64,000 nucleotides of DNA from Pseudomonadota bacterium. Lineage in GTDB: Bacteria > Pseudomonadota > Gammaproteobacteria > Burkholderiales > Burkholderiaceae_B. Under the pieces are notes generated by a model. That model was not told the origin of the DNA. It worked only from the letters and a program-made list of their open reading frames with translations, and ran no database searches. Of the stretch, positions 43,208 through 51,644 are shown piece after piece. The DNA lies in NCBI GenBank assembly GCA_023388835.1, contig JAEWFK010000164.1:16155-80154 (forward strand), read 5' to 3'. The translations under genes and the position numbers were made by a program. Each line of letters starts with the position of its first letter. Within the stretch, counting starts at the first letter, position 1.

Positions 43208-45222
43208 AGAGACAGTCTTTTGATGGCAAGCAGGGTGATGTCGTCGGATTGTGGCGTATCGAGAACGAACTCGCCCACGCGGTCGAGTACCGATGCCAGC
43301 ACGGTACCGGCATCCGAGCCCGCCAGCGGAGACAGGGCTGCGTAAAGCCTGTGCTCGCCGTATTGTGCATTGCCGGGACCGACCGCTTCGGTCACCCCGT
43401 CGGTATAACCGATCAGGACGTCGCCGGCTTCCAGCCGCGCATCGTAATGGCGATATGGCAGGTGTTCCTGGACGCCGCAGGCCGGGCCGGAGCGGCCTTC
43501 CAGCAACTGCAGCTCACCATTGTGCTTGAGCACGCATAGCGGAGAATGCCCCGCATTGGCCCATTCCAGCCGGCCGTCCGCCATATCGAGGATGCCCACG
43601 ATGAGGGTCACGAACATGAGGCTGGGGTTGTTGGCCGAGAGCAGGTTGTTGATGCGCGCCATGATGGTGCCGGGGTCGCTTTCCGTTTCAGCCATGGCGC
43701 GTATCAGCGTGCAGGTGCCGGCCATGAAGAGGGCGGCCGGCATGCCTTTGTCCGAGACGTCTCCGATCGCGAAGAGCAGGCGGCCGTCGGGTAGAAGAAT
43801 GTAGTCGTAGAGATCGCCGCCCACTTCCTTGGCCGGCACCATGGTGGCGCTCAGGTCGACGCGGCTGCGCAGCGCTGAATCGGGCGCCGGCGGCAGCAGC
43901 CCGCGCTGTATTTCCTGCGCGATGTTCAGTTCACTCTCCAGTCGTTCGCGGCTGGAGGTTTCCTCGAGCAGGCGGGCGACTTTCTCGCGCAGCTGTTCAT
44001 CCATGTAGGCAAAGGCGGCGGCCAGGCGGCCGACTTCATCCGGACGACGCCGGGGCAGCTCGGCGATATGGGCCGGCAGCGTCTGGCCCGCACTCAGATC
44101 CTGTTCCGGCAGGGCCAGTGCGAACTCGCTGAGCTGGCGTAAAGGGCGGGTAAGCCGTATCGACAGCAGGCCTGCGACGGTGAGGCCCAACGCCAATACC
44201 AGAAGGAAGAAGACGCCCAGCTGGTTGCGCAGATCGTTGGCCGCGCGGGTGAAGTCGCGTTCGGGCACGGCGCCCACGATGGTCCAGCCCAGCGGCCGGA
44301 AATACGTTGCATGAATGCGCCAGCTATCCTCATCGCCGACGGGATCGAAGGAGAGCTGGCGGATGTCCCCCGAGGGCGGCAGTTCGTGGAGCATGCCCTG
44401 CAAGGTCTGCCCAGTGTCGACATCGACCGCGCCCAGTAGAAAAACGTGAGAACGCGGCGGTGGCGCGATCAGGCGGCCGTCGGCGCCGATGATGAAGGCG
44501 AAACCGGATTCGGCCAGCCGCATGCCATTGAGCACATCGGTAATGGACTGTTCGACTTCGGCGCGGCGCCGGTCGAACTGTTGGACCACCCCTTCGGCAT
44601 CGTCGCTGACCGCCACGATCCAGTCCCATTCGGGTACGTAGCTCACGTAGGCATAGCGCAGCCGTTCGCTGTCGGTGGCGGGGTCGAACAGGCGGTAAAT
44701 GGCGAAACTGTGGCCCCCGCTGCGTACTTCCTGATAGACGGAGTCCGCCAGCGGCCGTCCCTTGTAATCGCGCAGACTTGAAATGTCGGCGTCGCGCTCC
44801 AGCGGGTAGCCGCTGGCAAGCACGGTGTAGTGGCGATCAAACACCCAGACGTTGCCACCGGTTTCCGTGCTCAGACCCCGCAACCATTGCAGGGCGAGTT
44901 CACGGCCGCGCGCGCCGCTGAGTTCGCCATTGCGCACTTGCTGCATGTAGGCGTCGAGCACCGATTGCACGGTCTGCCCCTGCTGCACCAGGCGGGCGCG
45001 ATTGCTGCGCACCGTGGCGATCTTGTCCAGCAGGAAGCCGCCCCAGCGCGCCTCGCTGTCCTGCACCAGCAGGTTCAGCACGTTCTGCACGGCGTGCTCT
45101 TCCATGGCGACCACAGTGCGCGTGACCCCACGCTGGGTGATGAGCATCACCAATGCGGCGCTGAACAGCAGGGTCAGGCCCACGAGCAGGAAGATCTTGC
45201 TTCGCAGGGAGGTCAGGCGCAT
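43204..45222 (-). CDS. membrane sensor phosphatase, TM-Cache-Cache-TM-HAMP-SpoIIE/PP2C (RsbU/BtrU-like)
   Basis: Cache-like YVPEWDWIV and YFRPLGWTI; HAMP TRPLRQL..DEVGRLAAAF; PP2C motifs VGGDLYD, GDVSDKG, YTDGVTEA, DDITLL. Confidence 0.92.
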   Translation of the reverse strand: MRLTSLRSKIFLLVGLTLLFSAALVMLITQRGVTRTVVAMEEHAVQNVLNLLVQDSEARWGGFLLDKIATVRSNRARLVQQGQTVQSVLDAYMQQVRNGELSGARGRELALQWLRGLSTETGGNVWVFDRHYTVLASGYPLERDADISSLRDYKGRPLADSVYQEVRSGGHSFAIYRLFDPATDSERLRYAYVSYVPEWDWIVAVSDDAEGVVQQFDRRRAEVEQSITDVLNGMRLAESGFAFIIGADGRLIAPPPRSHVFLLGAVDVDTGQTLQGMLHELPPSGDIRQLSFDPVGDEDSWRIHATYFRPLGWTIVGAVPERDFTRAANDLRNQLGVFFLLVLALGLTVAGLLSIRLTRPLRQLSEFALALPEQDLSAGQTLPAHIAELPRRRPDEVGRLAAAFAYMDEQLREKVARLLEETSSRERLESELNIAQEIQRGLLPPAPDSALRSRVDLSATMVPAKEVGGDLYDYILLPDGRLLFAIGDVSDKGMPAALFMAGTCTLIRAMAETESDPGTIMARINNLLSANNPSLMFVTLIVGILDMADGRLEWANAGHSPLCVLKHNGELQLLEGRSGPACGVQEHLPYRHYDARLEAGDVLIGYTDGVTEAVGPGNAQYGEHRLYAALSPLAGSDAGTVLASVLDRVGEFVLDTPQSDDITLLAIKRLSL

Positions 45223-45311
45223 ACCGGCATGGCGTGTAACTTGGTGTTGAAGGCGGTGAGTTTAATTTACCATTACACGTCTCACGATGAATCCGGGAAT
45301 TTACCCTCGAC

Positions 45312-47687
45312 ATGCAGCCACCGCCCACTTCGGCGGTTGCCGGCTCGCTCCTGTCACAGCAGCGGCGCGCCGTGCGCCGCGTGATCCTATCCTGCCTGGC
45401 CGTGCTGCTGTTGGGGCAGCTGCTCATCGGCGCATTGAGCCTGGCCGCCCTATTGCGGCTGGACGCCGACAGCACGGCCGACCGGCTTGCGTTGATCGCA
45501 GGGCGCACCTCGGGGCATATCCAGGCTGGGCTTCAACTCGGAAAGCCGCTTACGCAGTATTTCGGGCTCACGCTCCAATTGGATCGGCTTCGCCAAGACA
45601 TCCCGGGCCTGCGGTCGGCGGCGGTGTTTCTGGACGATGGGGCGGTGCTGGCCTCGACGGCGGCGACTCCTCCAGATGCCGCCCGCTTACTGAAGGCGCT
45701 TGCCCAAGGCCGGTCCCGTGCCCACGAAGTTGAGCCGGACGGCTTGCGCCTCGCTTTGCCGCTGGCCGAACCCGCGAACGGCCGCAAGGGAGCGCTCGTC
45801 ATCCAGGTAAGGGACAAGGGGCTGGAGCAAGGAGATATCCTGCGCAAGAACCTATCCTTCCTGGTGACGGTGACACTGGCCGCTGCGGCGGCCATGGCTG
45901 TCGTTATGAGGCGGCTGCCGGTGCATCGCATGGCTGCAGCCGGCTGGCTCAGGATGTCGGTTCCCTTACTCATCATGCTGTGCGCCCAAGGCCTTTATGC
46001 CGCGCACACGGTGCACGACTTCCGCGTGGCCTGGCAGGCCGTCATTGAGCAGAACGCGCGCCTGATCGGAGAAGGGCTGGAGCGCGATCTGGAAAAAGTG
46101 CTGGGCTACGGTATCGCGCCCGAGCGCATGCGGGGGCTGGAAAAGCCCATGTCCCGGGCGATTCAAGCTTTCCCCATGCTGGGCGGCATGCAGGTCATGG
46201 CGGCGGATGGCGGGGTGCTGGCGCAAGCGGGTGAGGTATTGGCCGAGAACGCCGTGCTGGGCTTCCCCTTGCAGGCCGACGGCGAAGGCGCTGCACAGGC
46301 TTGGCTGAAGCTGTATCCCGACGACGCGGCGATGCAGGCTGCGGTGCGGTCACGGGCGCTCGATGCCGCGACCATCGCCGTCGTGGCCATGGTCGCAGCG
46401 ATCGAACTGATGTTGATGCTGCAGGTGCTTATGGACCGGGCTTTCACCGCGCGTCCGGCAGCGCCGGCCATGCCGGACGATCCATCCCGGCTCGGCATGG
46501 TAGCTCGCCCCGCCATGTTCGCCTTTCTGTTCGCCATGGCTTTGCCGCTGGGCTTCCTGCCCCTCTACGCGCGCGGCCTGTTGGACCCGGGCGTGACTGA
46601 TCGCGCAGCCGCGTTATTGGTTGCTCTGCCCACCGCTGCGGAGATGGCGGCAGGACTTGCCATGGCCTTGCTGTCAGGCCGCGTGATTGATCGCCGAGGC
46701 TGGCTGCTGCCAGCGGCATGCGGCATGGGCTTCGCGGTCATTGGAAATCTGGCCTGCGCCTGGGCCGGCTCCTTGTGGATGCTTGCCGCGGCGCGGGCGC
46801 TGGCGGGCCTGGGCTATGGACTGGTCTGGATGGCCTTGCAGGGCTTCGTAGTGAACCTCGGCCCCGCGCGTTACCGGGGCCGGAATATGACGGCGCTGAT
46901 TGCGGGGCTCTTTGCAGGACACATGACCGGCGCCGCGGTTGGCGGAATGCTGGCGAGCCAGACCGGCCAGCGGCCTGTATTCGTGGTTGGAGCGCTGATG
47001 GTCCTGGCCGCCGCCTTCGCCCTGCGCATGCTGTTGTGGCCGTACCGGGGCGTGCCGCCCCCGCGGCCGGCGATCTCCGACCGGCCTTTGGTCGATGTGG
47101 CGCCGCCGCGCCTCGCCGGCCTGCTGGGCGATAAAGGGTATGCGGTGCTGCTGCTGGGCAGCGTGGTGCCGTTTTCCATTGCGCAGGTCGGTCTGCTGAG
47201 CTATGCCTTGCCTCTGCACTTTGACGCATTGGGTGCGAGCCCGGCCGATGTCGGGCGCGTGATCATGCTCTATGGCTTCTGCGTCATTTACGCGGGGCCG
47301 TTGCTGGGCCGGGCCACCGATCACTCGCGCCACTGGAAGCACTGGATCACCGCCGGCGGGCTCGTCGGCGCGGGCGGCCTGCTGATGCTCCACTGGGTGC
47401 CTGGTCTCTGGGGCATGGCGGGCGCCGTGGCCTTGCTGGCCCTCGCCAGCTGTCTGGCGGGCGCAGCGCAAACGCCCTACATGCTGGCACGCGAGCAGGC
47501 GCTGGCCTATGGCGCTGCGGGCGCCACCGGCATCATGCGCGGCGCCGACAAATTCGGACAGATGTTGGGCCCCTTGGTGGTGGGAGCCCTTTTCGCGAGC
47601 GTGGGCATGTCCGGCGCACTCGTCTGGACCGGCGTGCTTTATCTGTTGGGCACCTTGGTATTCTGGGTGCTGGCTCCCGCCGACTAG
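45312..47687 (+). CDS. MFS transporter with ~390-aa N-terminal extension (4 TM + 2 repeated periplasmic domains)
   Basis: C-terminal ~400 aa has a 12-TM MFS pattern (SGRVIDRRGW, ARALAGLGYG, GQMLGPLVVG); N-terminus has an internal repeat. Confidence 0.82.
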   Translation: MQPPPTSAVAGSLLSQQRRAVRRVILSCLAVLLLGQLLIGALSLAALLRLDADSTADRLALIAGRTSGHIQAGLQLGKPLTQYFGLTLQLDRLRQDIPGLRSAAVFLDDGAVLASTAATPPDAARLLKALAQGRSRAHEVEPDGLRLALPLAEPANGRKGALVIQVRDKGLEQGDILRKNLSFLVTVTLAAAAAMAVVMRRLPVHRMAAAGWLRMSVPLLIMLCAQGLYAAHTVHDFRVAWQAVIEQNARLIGEGLERDLEKVLGYGIAPERMRGLEKPMSRAIQAFPMLGGMQVMAADGGVLAQAGEVLAENAVLGFPLQADGEGAAQAWLKLYPDDAAMQAAVRSRALDAATIAVVAMVAAIELMLMLQVLMDRAFTARPAAPAMPDDPSRLGMVARPAMFAFLFAMALPLGFLPLYARGLLDPGVTDRAAALLVALPTAAEMAAGLAMALLSGRVIDRRGWLLPAACGMGFAVIGNLACAWAGSLWMLAAARALAGLGYGLVWMALQGFVVNLGPARYRGRNMTALIAGLFAGHMTGAAVGGMLASQTGQRPVFVVGALMVLAAAFALRMLLWPYRGVPPPRPAISDRPLVDVAPPRLAGLLGDKGYAVLLLGSVVPFSIAQVGLLSYALPLHFDALGASPADVGRVIMLYGFCVIYAGPLLGRATDHSRHWKHWITAGGLVGAGGLLMLHWVPGLWGMAGAVALLALASCLAGAAQTPYMLAREQALAYGAAGATGIMRGADKFGQMLGPLVVGALFASVGMSGALVWTGVLYLLGTLVFWVLAPAD

Positions 47688-48859
47688 CCCTCTTTCAGGG
47701 CGATCACAGGCACGCGGCGGGTCAGCCCGGTGAGCAGTTCCGCGGCGATGGTGCCGCAGGCCTGGGCGGCGGCTTCGACGGCCAGCGCCGCGCCCCCCGG
47801 CGCTCTTCCCCAGACGGTCATGATGTCGCCGGGCCGTTCGACGGGCTGGGGGCCGAGGTCCACTGTCAGACAGTCCATGGCAACGCGTCCCGCCAAGGGT
47901 ACGGGCCGCCCGCCGTGTCCGGCGAGCAGGTGGCCGTGCCGCCACAAGTCCCGCGGCAGGCCATGGCCATAGCCGATGCCCACCACGCCGATGCAGGTGT
48001 CGCGCGCGGCCCGGAAGCTCTCGCCGTAGCCGACGCTTTGACCGGCGGCCACCCGACGTACTGCCAGCAGGCGCGCGCGCAGACTCATGGCCGGACGCAG
48101 GCCCAGCTCGGCGCCTGTCCGGCCCGGCAGCGCGCTGGCGCCATACAGCAGCAAACCGCAACGCAGCCACTGGCCGGCGTGGTGTATGGGAACCGCTGCG
48201 TCGCCGCACAGGGCGGCGGAATTGCCGGTGCAGTGCGGGCCGGGCAGCCCTTCCGTGACTGCCGCGAAACCTCGTCGTTCCAAATCCAGCGCAGCGGGAT
48301 CTTCCGAAGCAGCGTAGTGATGCAGATGACCGGCCGCAGTCAAGATTCCGCGATGAACCAGCGACTGCAGACGGTGAAAGGCCGGCGCGTACTCGGCCGA
48401 ATCGAATCCATGGCTGCGCAGCTGACCCGCATAGCGCAGCCATGCGTGTACTTGAGACAAGGGCGTGGGCGCGCTTTCCAGGTGTTCCAGCACGGCCGCG
48501 TCGTCAACGGCAATATGCAGCTCGCCGAGCGTCGGGTCGCGGAGAGCATTCACGCTTACCCCGGCCTGGGATAGCAACAAGATCGGCCGGGTCCATCCCA
48601 GCTTGCGGACATGCAGTGCATCGTTCAGTTCGGCTACCGAGATGCCGTCCGCCTGGGCGAGCGCTTCGATAGCATGGGCCAGGCCGTGACCGTAGGCATC
48701 CGCCTTGACGACGGCCCAGATCTTGGGCGTCGGCGCGTAAGGCTTAAGATTCGGCGCGAGGCGCCGGCGGAGCCAAGTCAGGTTATGCCCGATGGACGAC
48801 TGGTCGATACAGGCCCAGGGGCCGTTGCCTGTCAACGGTGGGGACTCATTCGCGCTCAT
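47684..48859 (-). CDS. alanine-racemase-like PLP enzyme (divergent)
   Basis: AVVKADAYGHG (PLP Lys), NSAA, RCGLLLYG, VGYG (catalytic Tyr), GRVAMD; ATGA overlap with the upstream kinase gene. Confidence 0.88.
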   Translation of the reverse strand: MSANESPPLTGNGPWACIDQSSIGHNLTWLRRRLAPNLKPYAPTPKIWAVVKADAYGHGLAHAIEALAQADGISVAELNDALHVRKLGWTRPILLLSQAGVSVNALRDPTLGELHIAVDDAAVLEHLESAPTPLSQVHAWLRYAGQLRSHGFDSAEYAPAFHRLQSLVHRGILTAAGHLHHYAASEDPAALDLERRGFAAVTEGLPGPHCTGNSAALCGDAAVPIHHAGQWLRCGLLLYGASALPGRTGAELGLRPAMSLRARLLAVRRVAAGQSVGYGESFRAARDTCIGVVGIGYGHGLPRDLWRHGHLLAGHGGRPVPLAGRVAMDCLTVDLGPQPVERPGDIMTVWGRAPGGAALAVEAAAQACGTIAAELLTGLTRRVPVIALKEG

Positions 48860-49293
48860 CGGGCGTCGTCGATGACGGCAACGAGGTCCAGGCAATTCCA
48901 GCCATCGCGGCGCTCGTAGCGGATGTCTTCGAGATAATGCATCATGAGGCGCAAGCCGTGGCCTCCGATCTGTGCGTCGTCAAGCGAGGAATCCAGATCG
49001 CGCGGCGCCCGCGCCGTGGGATCGAAGGGCGCCCCGTTGTCCATGATCCGCAATGTCAGGCGGGACGGGGACTGCAGAAGGTGTAGTTGAACCCTGGGCG
49101 CAGCACCCCCGGTCGCGGGCGGCTCGTAGCCGTACATCGCGACGTTGGTCAGAGTTTCGTCCAGGCAGAGACGCAACTTGAAGCGGGTGCGCGCCGGCCA
49201 GCCGGCTTGTTCTCCAGTGGCTTCCAGCCACTCGAGGGCCCGCACAACGGTGTGCTCGTCGACGGGAAGTGAAAGTTCAGCCAAGGTTCGCAT
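48856..49293 (-). CDS. anti-sigma-factor-type Ser kinase (RsbW/SpoIIAB/BtrW-like)
   Basis: N box LDETLTNV, G1 DNGAPFDP, G2 GGHGLRLM. Confidence 0.92.
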   Translation of the reverse strand: MRTLAELSLPVDEHTVVRALEWLEATGEQAGWPARTRFKLRLCLDETLTNVAMYGYEPPATGGAAPRVQLHLLQSPSRLTLRIMDNGAPFDPTARAPRDLDSSLDDAQIGGHGLRLMMHYLEDIRYERRDGWNCLDLVAVIDDAR

Positions 49294-49305
49294 GCCGGCC
49301 TTGCC

Positions 49306-51075
49306 TCAGTGATCAAAATGCAGACGCAGACGGGAACGGCCGTGCTTGTGATCGGCGTGCACGCGATCCGCCAGATGCTGCATGAGTGTGTGTGAGACCC
49401 GCGTCATGGCTTGCTCAAGCGCTGCTTCGAAAGCGTCGTCGTCGGCATCGAGAAGGTCCGCAGTGGGCCGTTCGGGTGTGTCGAGCGTCAGTGGCGGCCC
49501 TTCATGGAGGAGCTCGATGTCCAGATTGAACTCATCGAAGCGGCCGCGGATTTCCACCGCTTTGCGGCCCTGACCGGCGGCGTGCAGGGCCTCGACTGCT
49601 TCCAGGGCGGCCTGCGCCGCGCGCCGGATGGCATCGTGCCGGGCTCCCCAGGCGGCGCCGCTGGTTTCGACGAATTCCGTGACTCGCTCGCTCAGCTCAC
49701 GGGCCGATTCGACATCGTGCAGGGATTCGGAGCGGCGCTGTGAGCTGCCCAGCCGGAAGGCGAGGTTCAGCATGATGGCCGTCACGCCGGCCATGACGAT
49801 ACCGTTGCCCGCCAGGAATGCGATCGATTCGGGCAGCATCTCGCTCAAGTCGGGTATGAACATGACGCCCATGCCCGCGACGAAGGCCAGGCCCACCATG
49901 AAGATGCCGCGGGCGTCCATGGCGCGCGACGCGATCAGCTCGATCCCGGAAACGATGAGATAGGCGGCGGCATAGAGCTCCACCGCGCCGATCACAGCGG
50001 TGGGTATCAGCGTGAGCGCCCGGGAAACGAGCGGCATGAAGGCCAGAAGCAGCAGCAGGCCGGCCACCGCCAGGCCGATCCAGCGGGAAGTGGACCGGCT
50101 GATATGGCAGAGCGCAAGATTCGCCGAAGAGACGGCATTGGGGTAGGCGCCCAGCCCTGCTGAGAGCAGATTGCCCAGGGCATTGGCGCGGATTCCTCCG
50201 CCGACGGCGCGCATGTCGGCGCGTCGCCAGCCCGCGTCGTCCATTTTCTGCATGAGGACCACGCAGGCGAAAGTGTCCAGCTGCACCATGATGGCCAGCA
50301 TGGCGACGGAAAGAAGCAACCCGACCGGAAGATCGAAGCGCGGGGCGACCAATGAGGGCACGCCGAACAGAGGCGTGTGCAGCAGCACGGCGCCGCCTTC
50401 CAGTTTGCCCAGTACGGCCGCCAAGGCAATGCCGGCGAAGATGCCGGCCAGCAAGGCGAAGAGCTTGATGGTGCGAGAGCCCCAGATGGACAGGGCCATG
50501 ATGACCGCCAGTGTGGCGCCTCCGAGCAAGGCATCGTTGGCAGCGAGTTGTTTGTCCGCGAGGCCCATGGTGTGTGTGAGTGCCGGCTCAATGAGAGAAA
50601 GCCCGCCGACGCAAACCACGACGCCCGCCACAGACGGCGGCAGGACGGCCCGCAGATGCGGCACGATGAAACTGGCGCCCAGGCTGGTCAGCCCATTGAC
50701 GAGGCAAACCACCACCATGCCGCCTACGCCGTATTGGGCGCACACCAGTCCCGAGAGCGCGACGATGAGCGGATCGGGGATGTGCACCAGCATGGTGCCC
50801 GAGCCATTGCGCCCGCCCCAGGACTGAAGCGCCGTGGAGATTGCCATGCCGATGATGGCGGCACTGACAAGCTTGCGGACGGCCTCTGGCTCAAGCCCGC
50901 CGATATGGGCGGCCGCCAGTACGTAGGCAATGAGCGCCAGGGCCGTGGCGACATGCTGCAGGGCCAGAACGACCAAGGTGGGTAGCGGCGGGCGCTCCAG
51001 GGCTGCGTAAGCCAGATCGCGCGGTCGCTTGACGGGAGGCGAAGGAGCTAAACGCAGTCTGGAAAAGATGCCCAT
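49306..51075 (-). CDS. NCS2/SLC23 (xanthine/uracil permease) family protein with extra ~145-aa C-terminal domain
   Basis: TM1 LQH motif, many hydrophobic segments, degenerate NAT motif ANLALCHISR, IPTAVIGA; soluble C-terminal tail. Confidence 0.85.
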   Translation of the reverse strand: MGIFSRLRLAPSPPVKRPRDLAYAALERPPLPTLVVLALQHVATALALIAYVLAAAHIGGLEPEAVRKLVSAAIIGMAISTALQSWGGRNGSGTMLVHIPDPLIVALSGLVCAQYGVGGMVVVCLVNGLTSLGASFIVPHLRAVLPPSVAGVVVCVGGLSLIEPALTHTMGLADKQLAANDALLGGATLAVIMALSIWGSRTIKLFALLAGIFAGIALAAVLGKLEGGAVLLHTPLFGVPSLVAPRFDLPVGLLLSVAMLAIMVQLDTFACVVLMQKMDDAGWRRADMRAVGGGIRANALGNLLSAGLGAYPNAVSSANLALCHISRSTSRWIGLAVAGLLLLLAFMPLVSRALTLIPTAVIGAVELYAAAYLIVSGIELIASRAMDARGIFMVGLAFVAGMGVMFIPDLSEMLPESIAFLAGNGIVMAGVTAIMLNLAFRLGSSQRRSESLHDVESARELSERVTEFVETSGAAWGARHDAIRRAAQAALEAVEALHAAGQGRKAVEIRGRFDEFNLDIELLHEGPPLTLDTPERPTADLLDADDDAFEAALEQAMTRVSHTLMQHLADRVHADHKHGRSRLRLHFDH

Positions 51076-51185
51076 GTATGGTTATGATTCTTTGCGGCGC
51101 TTGATGGTGTGCTTCCGATTATAGGGGCGGGCCTGCAAGGTCGATACATCTTGTCAGAATTTTCAACTTTAAAACGGTAGCCCCC

Positions 51186-51521
51186 ATGAGCCTTACCCGA
51201 GAAAAGCACGGCGAGGTCCTGCTCGTTTCCACCTCCGGCCAGATCAACAGCGCGAATGCCGCTGAACTGGAACGCAGCCTGCTCGAATGGGTCGACGAAG
51301 GCGAGCGCAACTGGGTGCTCGACATGTCCGGCGTCGAATACATCTCCAGCGCCGGGCTGCGTGTTGTCCTGCTCCTGGCCAAGCGCCTCAAGCAGAACGG
51401 CGGGCACCTCGTGCTGTGCGCCCTGCAGCCCCATGTGCTCGAAGTCTTCGACATCAGCGGTTTTCTTTCCATTCTGGACATCGCCGACACGCGCGAAGCG
51501 GCCCTCAGCCGCCGGGTGTGA
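51186..51521 (+). CDS. STAS-domain anti-sigma-factor antagonist (RsbV/SpoIIAA/BtrV-like)
   Basis: LDMSGVEYISSAGLRV with the phosphoacceptor Ser; VFDISGF. Confidence 0.94.
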   Translation: MSLTREKHGEVLLVSTSGQINSANAAELERSLLEWVDEGERNWVLDMSGVEYISSAGLRVVLLLAKRLKQNGGHLVLCALQPHVLEVFDISGFLSILDIADTREAALSRRV

Positions 51522-51644
51522 ATCGCTCATGCCCGCAGCACACTGCGGGCCAGGCGCTCTCACAAGGGCGCCAACGATGCCCGCAGTCGCGCCAGCGCCT
51601 CTTCCCGCAACACTTCCCGCAACGGCAGCGTGGATGTCCGCCCG

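Noticed and set aside
45223..45311. HrpL/BtrS-type promoter (GGAAC-N16-CCAC) in the module's divergent spacers, also 51076-51185
   Set aside because: No GGAAC match on either strand in either spacer; only a weak CGTGTAA/TTACACG inverted pair, too short to call
46674..48443. 589-aa minus-strand ORF and other long alternative ORFs (e.g. 30051-31388, 34814-36082, 62283-63551)
   Set aside because: They overlap well-supported genes, are Arg/Ala/Gly/Pro-rich and carry no motifs; typical shadow ORFs of GC-rich DNA
40564..51644. Mobile element or integrative island boundaries around the partner-switching module
   Set aside because: No integrase, transposase, tRNA or flanking direct repeat seen, and composition looks like the backbone
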